DNA of 64,000 nt from a virus, in IMG/VR virus record IMGVR_UViG_3300023240_000010; one strand, 5' to 3'. A program made the translations under genes and the position numbers. This document shows positions 46,501 through 55,200 of the stretch, in pieces (position 1 is the first letter of the stretch; every line of letters starts with the position of its first letter). The notes beneath the pieces are model-generated. The model had not been told where the DNA came from and did no database searches. It was given only the letters and a program-made list of their open reading frames with translations.

Positions 46501-49500
46501 TTGCGGTGAACTGCTCTTGTACATCACCTTGATATGCACCAGTGTATACGCCAAGATATTGTCCTGTGTAAGTACCTTCAAAGACTGCTGTACGAGTTTC
46601 ATTCTGCGCACGTTCATATAGTCCTACATAACCGCCAGTATATTGTCCAGTAAAGTTACCTTCATAAGTTGCACTTCGTGTGGTATTCTCTGCACGTTCA
46701 TAACCACCAGTATATCCACCGGTGTATGATTGTTGAATACCCTCTTGAGTGGTCTGTGATATAACTTCCTGAGCAGTTCGTTCATAACCGCCAGTATATC
46801 CACCAGTGTAAACACCAGTATATTGACCAGAGTATTGTCCTGTGTATGTTCCACCTCCGACAGCATAATTTGTCGTAGTCGGAGAGTTGGCAATTACACC
46901 GACTTGCCAACCACTATTTGCAGGAAACGCTGATGGAGGTTGTCCGAATGGGGACCAAGTCAAAGTACTCACTGGGCCATTAGCGCCAGTCCATGTAAAT
47001 GCAGTTCCATAATAATTGTTGGCATAAGTGGCAGAGGCGCGGAGGAATGTATAACCGTTCCTATCAGCAGTTGTACCATATGCCGGCGCACCGCTCACCG
47101 GCGCGCCGGAACCTGAACCGTACCACCAAATTATTATACCATACCAACTATTTCTCTGAGTAGTGCTAAGTGCTGATGTAAATGTCAGTGTTACGTATGG
47201 CCCCGGTGCCACCCCAAATGACTCATTCTTAGTTAACGCATGAACGGTAGCATTTATAGGAGACCAATAGGTATCTGCCATACTATTGCCGGCGGACTGG
47301 TTACCGCCAGAATAACCCGAAGGAGTTGGGTTAAAACCTATAGAATATTGGGTAAGGTAAAGGTTTGTATAATAACCTGTCACCATTGTTGTCGAGTCGG
47401 TGTAATTGTTGCCCGTATAGTTGACAGTGCTAGTGAATGACTCATTAGTTGACTGTGTTATTGCTTCAGAAATACCAGTCTGTTGTGTCTCTTGTACTTG
47501 ACCAGTATATCCACCTTGATATCCACCAGTGTATCCACCAGTGTAAGTACCGGTGTAAGTAGACTGTATAGTCTCTTGTACTTGACCAATATATTGTCCT
47601 GTGTAAGCGGCGACATAATTTGCAGCAAAGGTTTCGTTAATAGCAGTTTGTTGTGTCTCCGAGATTTGACCAATATATTGTCCTACAAAGTTGCCTGTGT
47701 AGTTCTCCTGAATTACCTCGTTAACACCATCAGTAATGTTCTCAGACTGTATGCGAGTATAACCACCAGTAAATTGTGTAGCATAGTCTGCTCTATCGTA
47801 TGATCCTTGGAAAGTTTCATTAATGCTTTCGCCCACAACACCAGTATATTGTCCTGTGTATGCTGCCTGATAACTTCCTCGCTCGAAAGATCCTGTAAAC
47901 AATTCATTGATACTTTCTCCTACACCACCAACATAATTGCCTGTAAATTGTGTGTTGTAGTTTTGTCTATCGTAGTTTTCAGCATTAACTGTGTCTAGGT
48001 TTTCAGAAATCTGTCCTGTGTATTGTCCCGTAAACTGTGTCGCATATTGTCCGCGGTCAAAAGATTCTTGGTTAGTAGTGTTCTCACTCTCGCCAATCTG
48101 TCCTACATATTGTCCTGTGAAGGTCGAAGTATAGATTCCGCCATCATAATTACCAGTATATGATACATTCTCAGTTTGTCCTACCTGACCAACATATTGT
48201 CCAGTATATTGAGATGCATAGTCTAGTCTATCATACGATCCTAAGAATGTTGCGCTGAAAGACTCTGGTACACCACCAGTATAACCACCGGTAAATTGTG
48301 TAGCGTAGTCTATTCTATCATACGATGCTAGATAATTAGCAGTAAATGCGCCTTCATAATCACCTGTATAAATTTGCTCATACTCTCGCGTATATGATGC
48401 GCGGTCATACGTACCCAAGAAGGTTGCAGTGAAAGCACCACTATAATCGCCTGTGTATATGCCTTCGTACTGTGTGAGATAATTAGCACGATCATAAGCA
48501 CCCTGAAATGATGCTGTAAAGTTACCTAAATAATCGCCCGAGTAAACAGTTTCAAATTCGTTTGTATAGTTTGTACTATCATATGTTCCTAAGAATGTTG
48601 CATTGAAAGCACCACTATAGTTACCGGTGTAGTCAACAGTAAAGTTCGAAATATAACCTGAACTATCATAGTCGCCTAAGTAGTCTGTATTGTATAGACC
48701 AATATAGTTTCCGGTATAAGTTGCAGCAAATTGAGTCTCGTATGCTTGACTATCATATTCACCCGAGAAGGTTGCGCTGAATGATCCTGTGTATGAACTT
48801 GCGTATGATGATATATAATCACCCGCATATGTTCCAGCATCATAATTCGCTGTGAAGGATGCACTAAAATCAGAAACATAATCTGTAGCATACTGCGCTG
48901 TGAATATAGAAGTGTATGCAGAACCCGCAAAAGAGGCAGCGAATTGACCAGTGAACTGACCAACATAGTTACCTAAATAGTCCGACTCGAATGCACCAAC
49001 GTAAGGAATACCGTCGAAACTGGCAGCAAAGTTCTGACTGAATGTTCCGATGTAATCACCGATATAAGATGAATCATATACTGATAGGTACGTAGTGCTA
49101 TCGTACTCGCCAATAAAGGATGCTGTGAATAATCCTGAGTACTCGCCAGTATAAGTTGTTTCGAACTCAGCGATATATGCTTGAGCATCATAAACACTTA
49201 CATAAGCAGAATCGTAATTGCCAAGATAATCGCCAACATAAGTTTCTTCGTATGTTGATATGTAATCTGTGCCTTGATAATCTGTAGCATATTCTGTATT
49301 GTATAGACCAATATAGTTGCCAACATATTGACTAGCATAGTTGCCTTGATACTCGACTCCATCAAATACACCAGTGTATAGTGTTTCAAATTGTCCACCA
49401 TATTCACTCTCATAAGTTGAAACATAATCAGAAACATATTCAGTGCCATCATAAGGCGAGATATAATCACCAAGATAATCTGATATGTAATCACCAGTAT

Positions 49501-51964
49501 AGATGCCAGTATATTCTACAGTATAGTCTGTTGAGTACTGCGCTTCATAATTACCAGAGTAGGTAGAAATATATTCTCCACCATAATCGCCTACATATAC
49601 TGTTTCGAACTCATCAGTGTATTGTGAAAGATAGTTTCCTGCATATACATTCTCATATCCAGCATCAAAGGTTGCTGTATAATCTGTCTCGAATCCGCCA
49701 ACATATACAGCATCAAACTGAGTAGTATAATTTGTTTCGTACTCTCCAGCATATGTTCCGAGATAATCGCTGATGTAATCACCAGCGTATAAATTTGTGT
49801 AAACACCTTCAAAGGCAGTTTCATAATCAGCAACAAAGTTGCCCTCATATGCCACTTCATCATACTCGCCTTCATATTGTGTAATATAGTCAGTTGTATA
49901 ATCCGACTCATATCCACTTGCATATGTTCCTAGATAATCACTGATGTAATCACCAAGATAGTTCTCTGCGAACTGACCTTCGTATTGTGAGTCGTAATCT
50001 GTTAGATATGTTCCAAGATAATCAGCAGTGAAGTCTCCAGCGTAAGTTGCTTGAAAGTCTCCTTCGTAGGAGTTATCATATACACCCTCATAACTTGCGC
50101 CGTAATCGCCTAGATAATCACCGTCATAAGTTCCAAGATAGTTACTGATGTAATCGCTGGTATAATCAGTAATGTAGTTTCCTGTGTATACATCATCGAT
50201 ATAGTTCGAGATATAGTTGCCAAGATATTCAGTCTGGAATCCACCAAGATAATCTGAAACATAGTTGCCTACATACTCTGTGCCAGAATAATCTGAAAGA
50301 TATGTGTTTGTGTAATCACTGATATAGTCTGTGTTGTAATCACTGATATAGTTACCAGTGTAATCAACAGATTCGTAGTCACTAGCATACTGTTCAATAA
50401 CAGCATCAGCATCATATGTGTTTTCATAATCACTAATGTAATCGGTGCCATCATAAGTAGGCACGTATTGATTAACGTAATCACCGAGATAGTTTTGTGT
50501 GTATTCTGTATTGTAATCGCCGAGGTAGTTCTGTGTGTAGTCACCCAGATAATCGCCATCGTATGTTGGAGTATATGAACCAGTATAATCACCGTCATAT
50601 GTTCCTAAGTATTCACCAGCAAATTCACCACTATATGTTGGTTCATAGTTGCCAGTATAAGTTGCTTCATAGTCGCCGAGATAGTCTTCTGTATACTGAG
50701 CAGTGTAAGTTTCTAGTGCTTGATAACCTGTATCATAATAGTATTCAAGTCTAGTATCAATTGCACTACCACGTGCTACCCATGTACCAGTATCTGTCGG
50801 TCGACCTTGAGTCGCTGAACGTAATTGATATTTACCAATACCAGTAGTTTCGACCGCTTTCTTTACTCGCTCACCAAACGTGAACTCTACTTCTGCATCG
50901 CTATGTTGTCTTAGTCCTGCCCATCCATTCTGAGCATTACGTGCAATATAAAGAGGTCTAATTACAGCAGGTTTAATGCCTGCTTGTCTGATCCATATAG
51001 AATAAGGTATAACAGTTCCATCGCCACGTGTGTCATTAAATACACTAGGAATAAACTGTACCCAATCAGCGCCAGGACTGTTCGCACTTAGACGATACGT
51101 ACCAGGCAACTCGTCTCGCATGATACGTATGACCAACTCTTCGCAAAATGCGTCAAGTTCTGCGTCATTCATCTCCTTAACACCGTTGGGCGTTAATGCT
51201 CTGCTCCAATATAATGGATTTTTCTTTAATGCACTAGTAGTATTAATAGGTTGTGATGCTGTTGTTACTTGATAAAGATCAGTCTGAACACCTATAGACT
51301 CCGGTGGTAAGGTCTCTTCGATTTCAATAGTAGGGAATACAATACTAGTGTTAGCAGTTTGTTTAGTTGTGTTTTGAACGTCAGTAGAGTTGGCAGTTAA
51401 AGTGAAGTTTAAAAGACCTACTTGAGTTGCTTTGATTTCGAATGTTGATTGATATGATCCTGAAAGACCACCGACAGTACTGAAGTCTTCCCACTCAACT
51501 CTTGTTCCATCAACTGAGTTAGCAGTAGGGGTTGTAGTAACGCCTTCGTTATCAAATAGTGCATCACCAGATACTGAAAGTTCGTGTCCGATCTCTTCAA
51601 ATCCAGTTACTGCGTCACCATTTACAACAACATAAACTGTATCGCCGACATATAGAGGAGACGGCATCTCACCCTGTGCGGTGAATATTGCGGTGTGTAT
51701 ACCAGTGCCAGGATTTGATCTATGTTCAACAGTGAAATTGACTGTGTAAAATGTGCCTGGTGTATCACCGACAGAGGTTTCGAAGAAGGTGTCGGTGAAA
51801 GTGCCGACAGCAGTTGCTCCACTACTCGTAGTAGTCAGAGCAGAAACATCGACATTGGTCATTTTTCCAAGATGTACTCCCGCCTGATACGCCAGATAAT
51901 CTATATCGAGCGTAGCGAGTTCTTGAAGTGCACCAGTTGCTAGGTGTTTTAACGGTAAGGACAT
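43520..51964 (-). CDS. Giant 2814-aa Tyr-rich tetrapeptide-repeat protein, probably virion-associated
   Basis: Uninterrupted 8.4-kb ORF; (Y/F)xxx periodicity over ~2200 aa; late promoter upstream. Confidence 0.85.
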   Translation of the reverse strand: MSLPLKHLATGALQELATLDIDYLAYQAGVHLGKMTNVDVSALTTTSSGATAVGTFTDTFFETSVGDTPGTFYTVNFTVEHRSNPGTGIHTAIFTAQGEMPSPLYVGDTVYVVVNGDAVTGFEEIGHELSVSGDALFDNEGVTTTPTANSVDGTRVEWEDFSTVGGLSGSYQSTFEIKATQVGLLNFTLTANSTDVQNTTKQTANTSIVFPTIEIEETLPPESIGVQTDLYQVTTASQPINTTSALKKNPLYWSRALTPNGVKEMNDAELDAFCEELVIRIMRDELPGTYRLSANSPGADWVQFIPSVFNDTRGDGTVIPYSIWIRQAGIKPAVIRPLYIARNAQNGWAGLRQHSDAEVEFTFGERVKKAVETTGIGKYQLRSATQGRPTDTGTWVARGSAIDTRLEYYYDTGYQALETYTAQYTEDYLGDYEATYTGNYEPTYSGEFAGEYLGTYDGDYTGSYTPTYDGDYLGDYTQNYLGDYNTEYTQNYLGDYVNQYVPTYDGTDYISDYENTYDADAVIEQYASDYESVDYTGNYISDYNTDYISDYTNTYLSDYSGTEYVGNYVSDYLGGFQTEYLGNYISNYIDDVYTGNYITDYTSDYISNYLGTYDGDYLGDYGASYEGVYDNSYEGDFQATYAGDFTADYLGTYLTDYDSQYEGQFAENYLGDYISDYLGTYASGYESDYTTDYITQYEGEYDEVAYEGNFVADYETAFEGVYTNLYAGDYISDYLGTYAGEYETNYTTQFDAVYVGGFETDYTATFDAGYENVYAGNYLSQYTDEFETVYVGDYGGEYISTYSGNYEAQYSTDYTVEYTGIYTGDYISDYLGDYISPYDGTEYVSDYVSTYESEYGGQFETLYTGVFDGVEYQGNYASQYVGNYIGLYNTEYATDYQGTDYISTYEETYVGDYLGNYDSAYVSVYDAQAYIAEFETTYTGEYSGLFTASFIGEYDSTTYLSVYDSSYIGDYIGTFSQNFAASFDGIPYVGAFESDYLGNYVGQFTGQFAASFAGSAYTSIFTAQYATDYVSDFSASFTANYDAGTYAGDYISSYASSYTGSFSATFSGEYDSQAYETQFAATYTGNYIGLYNTDYLGDYDSSGYISNFTVDYTGNYSGAFNATFLGTYDSTNYTNEFETVYSGDYLGNFTASFQGAYDRANYLTQYEGIYTGDYSGAFTATFLGTYDRASYTREYEQIYTGDYEGAFTANYLASYDRIDYATQFTGGYTGGVPESFSATFLGSYDRLDYASQYTGQYVGQVGQTENVSYTGNYDGGIYTSTFTGQYVGQIGESENTTNQESFDRGQYATQFTGQYTGQISENLDTVNAENYDRQNYNTQFTGNYVGGVGESINELFTGSFERGSYQAAYTGQYTGVVGESINETFQGSYDRADYATQFTGGYTRIQSENITDGVNEVIQENYTGNFVGQYIGQISETQQTAINETFAANYVAAYTGQYIGQVQETIQSTYTGTYTGGYTGGYQGGYTGQVQETQQTGISEAITQSTNESFTSTVNYTGNNYTDSTTMVTGYYTNLYLTQYSIGFNPTPSGYSGGNQSAGNSMADTYWSPINATVHALTKNESFGVAPGPYVTLTFTSALSTTQRNSWYGIIIWWYGSGSGAPVSGAPAYGTTADRNGYTFLRASATYANNYYGTAFTWTGANGPVSTLTWSPFGQPPSAFPANSGWQVGVIANSPTTTNYAVGGGTYTGQYSGQYTGVYTGGYTGGYERTAQEVISQTTQEGIQQSYTGGYTGGYERAENTTRSATYEGNFTGQYTGGYVGLYERAQNETRTAVFEGTYTGQYLGVYTGAYQGDVQEQFTANYTGTFEGDYVGQYAGGYQRAQNQTRTSDYLGDYIGQYLGQYLGVYDRDDAANYASDYLGTFIGNYTGQYTGLYERAQDEQFTANYDGTYTGGYTGQYAGLYERAQNENFSANYIPTFEGSFDSAYVGLYERAQNETFNAQYIGTFEGDYLSQYLGAYERVQDQQFTANYLGTFNANYATQYTGSFAANFATQYVSQYIGTFDGDYASQYEGGFSQNFTGQFGVNYLGTFDGDYASQYEGSFAQSFAGTYATDYLGTFEGNYVSQYEGSFAVVYTGDFSAQYLGTFLGNYVASYEGNFAANFGAQFSAQYIGTFVGEYLSEYEGAFGATYEGNYVSDYIETYTSDYVSQYQSNFITQYQGDFEGSYTDDYTGEYSSQYESEFTATFTGTYNVDYIDTYVSQYLSSYDGAFQEQYEGTYDSEYLGTFLGDYGSAYESDFSANFEGTYASDYVDTYDGDYISVYEGAFQESFIGTYDGNFTGTYGTGYITDYEGAFLVDYLGDYISGYVETYEGQYLTQYEGSYASQYDGNYVSAYISTYDGNFTENYAGNFTDVYISDIYAGDYISQYSDDYISDYDSGYEGDFQENYAGTYGTAYDGDYISDYATVYTTDYDGAIYAGTYDSNYLNQYESTFVAQYTGEYDDIDYAGNYVSDFETDYTGFYNTDYTGDYQSPYTATYSGFYETEYLTTYASEYTSNYDDIDYAGNYVSLYIGDFIGQYTSTYETAYDDQVYVGNYVSDYVGDYSGDYVTDYSGVYEEQNYLGNYVSTYDDIEYEGNYISDYTTDYLVDFEGNYLGDYNTIYEGTYESVYAGDFLQGFDGVYEGGFDSTYAGDYGTTYAGDYESNYTLTYVGDYLGDYTPSYSTLYAGNYTGTYDANAVDESYTVDYIEQTYDTDYSVDYQEDVYLGNYIDTFEGADVSETYVSSYDDVDYSTDYTSDYQDVEVLENYEDTNYIGTYTQDYTIDYQTSILYGVGGKLLANPVQIETYTLYVRVA
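45783..46624 (-). repeat. 84-bp periodic coding repeats within the giant gene
   Basis: TGCGCACGTTCATATAGTCC at 46101, 46185, 46269, 46605; near-identical ~38-mers at 45783 and 45867. Confidence 0.85.
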
Positions 51965-51995
51965 AAATCAGTCATCTTAGGTCAGTTGTTTCATT

Positions 51996-52003
51996 TATTT
52001 ATA
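51996..52003 (-). promoter_or_regulatory. T4 late promoter for the giant-protein unit
   Basis: TATAAATA overlapping the stop of the upstream gene. Confidence 0.8.
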
Positions 52004-52229
52004 TGCTTCTGGAAAGCAATAATGCGAGAGCGTCCTTTATTTCACACATATCTTTCTGAAGCGTTTCTACTGTTTTCACTAAGTCTGTCTGATCTTTTTG
52101 TTGTTGTCCTCTTATTTTTTTCTGTCTCTGGGCAAGTTCGATCTCGTGAGCATTTACGTTTATTAACGCATTAGACTCCATATCTCGAACTAACCCAGGA
52201 ACACCCTCTACTTTGACGTAGCGCGACAT
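51999..52229 (-). CDS. Small hypothetical protein with C-terminal coiled coil
   Basis: VKVEGVPGLVRD..SNALIN; coupled to the upstream gene. Confidence 0.75.
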   Translation of the reverse strand: MSRYVKVEGVPGLVRDMESNALINVNAHEIELAQRQKKIRGQQQKDQTDLVKTVETLQKDMCEIKDALALLLSRSI

Positions 52230-55200
52230 TAACTTGCTAACCACTTAACTACTACACTACCTATGGTTGCAGGTGTTGCAGGATTAGTACCCGTGGTAAT
52301 TATCTTAGTCTGTGCTTGTGTGAATGGATTCAGTGTACCTGCAACACCGCCTGCAAGAAACTTAACTCTGCGACTTTGACCATCTTTAACAATAATGTTA
52401 AATTCTGGTTGAAGTATCCAGGACAGTTCACTAAGATTCTGATCTGAAGTACCTACACGATAGTAGACAAGTACACTACCTGTTGGTGGTATTGATAAGT
52501 CAGCACTAATTTCAATACCGATAGCAGGTGATTCAAGAACGACTGGTTTCATAATATGTGCAGAACTTGAACTCGCTCCCGACGATGCTGTATTAGCAAC
52601 ATTGTAGATGTGAGGAGTAACCGATGGATCATCAATCAAGTTATTTACAGTGACCAAAGATGATCGTTGTAAGTCAATGATTGGTGAGACATAATCGTTA
52701 GCACTCTTCATGTCAACTTTAAAGAAAGTAGAAGAAGTGAATGTTGCAACACCTTCGCCAGTCCTATCAGAATCAACTTCAAACTGATTGTACAGAGTGT
52801 ATGTAGCAGCAAGATCAGTGTTAGTCTTAGGAGTAATTCTAGTGAAGTTAGCATCCTGTGCGAATCGTGTCTCCGTACCAGAGATAGATCGTCCAGTAGT
52901 AAACTTACCGGACACATCAATCGAAGTAGAGTTAGGAATAATCGACTCGATAATTGGATTAACTACTGAGAAGTTTATGTTGCCTTGTGACAATACTCTT
53001 TCGCCACCACCAGTTGCAGTCGATGTTGCAGTAACAGGATTAGAAGGACTAATTTCAAATCTGTAACCGTACATATCAACATCGATAACTTGATGTGATC
53101 CACTCAACTGCTCGGCAGTGAATCCGCCTGTTGCAGTAGCACTATCAATGTTAGCACCGTCACCTGCACGTAGACCATGATTGACATGTCGAACGTAAAT
53201 GTTGGCAGAACTGTTTACAGTTTGAATTGGATTCTCTTCAAGCAGTTTAGAAGGCACAACGGCATTCTTCAGTATCAAACTACCGTTAGCACCACCGCCA
53301 GAACCGAACACTGCACGAGTAACTTTAAACATTAAGTCTTCGTTCAAAGACTTCTCCCAGTTCTTACCGTTCTGTGGCAAGAAGAGATAACCCGGAGTCT
53401 GTGTGCTGTTGAATCTACCAGTCGTGTTGATAACTGACTCGCTAGTTCTTGCACTAAACAACTCATATTCAGTTGACTGTGAAGTAACTACAATAGCATA
53501 GTCTTGTCCTGGTGCCAAGTAAACAGGTTCATCGAATACGAATGACGTTCCGTTACCTTGAATAGTAACTAACTGACTAGAGAGTTCCGAAACAATAACA
53601 TTTGCGCGGTTGACAAATACTTGTGAATCTGGTACCATAGTACTGTAAGAAGGTTTACCATTCTCGACAGGTCGAATATGTATAGAAACGGGCAGAGATA
53701 CATTAGCAGGTTTCGACTTAAAGAACAACTCGACTTTAGTTAGTGTAACACCAAACTCGTTGTTGACTTTAAATGTCTGTGCTAAAGGATTCATCGGAGT
53801 AGAGATTGCTTTTGTACCGAGAACAGAAGCAAACTGTGCCTGATTCACATTGATATAGTCGGACAGAACCTTAGACATATCTTGATTATTAGCAAGTGTC
53901 TGTAATGCTGCCGCGTTTAATGTAGCGCCGTCAGGACTATATAATCCAGATAATCTAGGATCAATAATACTTACTGAACTAGCAGGTATAGAATCAAGAA
54001 CCTTCTTCATCTCTTTTGCAGAATACAATCTATGTCTATAGTTGTAAGGATACAGATAACTATGACCACGTGTAAATGATAGAGGGTTGTACCAAGTCCA
54101 AGGCAACAGTCCTTTAACAGTGTAGTGTGCGAATGCTTTACTATTAGCGCCTGCCCAATCATTTACATTAATATCGAGAAGTTTAAACTCTCGCGCGCCT
54201 GATCTGAATCGTAGATAATACTTACTATATCGTCCACGATACTTAGTAGTAGCAACTTCATACTTTGGAGTGAGGTTAGGTATGAAGAATGATCCAATAA
54301 CTTCACCGTTAGCATCAGCAATAAGTTCGCTTGTGCCGTCAGGATGACCAAGAACTGCTGAGTGTGTTAACTTGTTACCAATTTCATCTGCTCTATCAGA
54401 CCACTGAAGGAATGAAGACTCTGATTTACACCATACCGAAACATCAGTACCGTCAAAGAACGGAGTGAACTTAGTGTTAGGAGTCAGACCTTGTGCTTTA
54501 AAGTAAATCTTTCGTGAGCGAATCCATGGTACAAATGCAACATCGATAGTCTTTTCACCGACAACATTACGTAAAGTCTCGCCAGCAATGATACGTCTAA
54601 CTATTCCAGAATCGTTTATTCCATATTTCGTTTTCAGAGTTCTAAGAGCGAACGCTTTTGATCTGCCTGAACCAGTACGAAGAGTCTGAGATAACTTAGC
54701 AATCTCTGTATTCTCTTTCGCAGTACGACCCTGCCAGTTCCACTGCCAGTTGTTCCATAAGAATGCTTGCTTACCGAATAGTCTTCCTGCACCAGCAAGA
54801 GACTTAGCGGCATTTTGAATAGACTCTTTCCACTCATCAGTTGACGGTGATAATTTCAAAGTGCCTACGTTGTCAACAAGACCGAACGGATTGATTTTAA
54901 CTGTTCTTGATGCAAGACTTTGATCGACCCAGTTCGCTTCAGTGTGAGCAAGATAGACATTATCGCCTTTCTTGACAACACCCGACGATGCCGTAGCATC
55001 AAAGATTAGACGCATATTACCTTCATCGAATGAAGGACGTACTAAACGATTTTCAGGATCAATTGCTGCCTTATAGTCAGGAGATTCTACTTCAGCATTA
55101 GTCTGATCGGCATGTTCATCTACTTGCATACCACTAATGATACGTAGTACACCCGCACTATCAAGAACATTGTCCATTCTTGCTTCAAGTTCTGCAATGC

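Noticed and set aside
46101-46624. Identical 20-bp repeats at regular spacing, resembling a CRISPR array
   Set aside because: The period is 84 bp (28 codons) inside an open frame, the 'spacers' resemble each other, and no cas genes are present
46860-47430. Possible diversity-generating retroelement target
   Set aside because: No reverse transcriptase or template repeat seen in the window
43520-51964. Numerous alternative-frame and plus-strand ORFs within the giant gene
   Set aside because: Expected by-products of codon-periodic repeats; no SD sites or motifs
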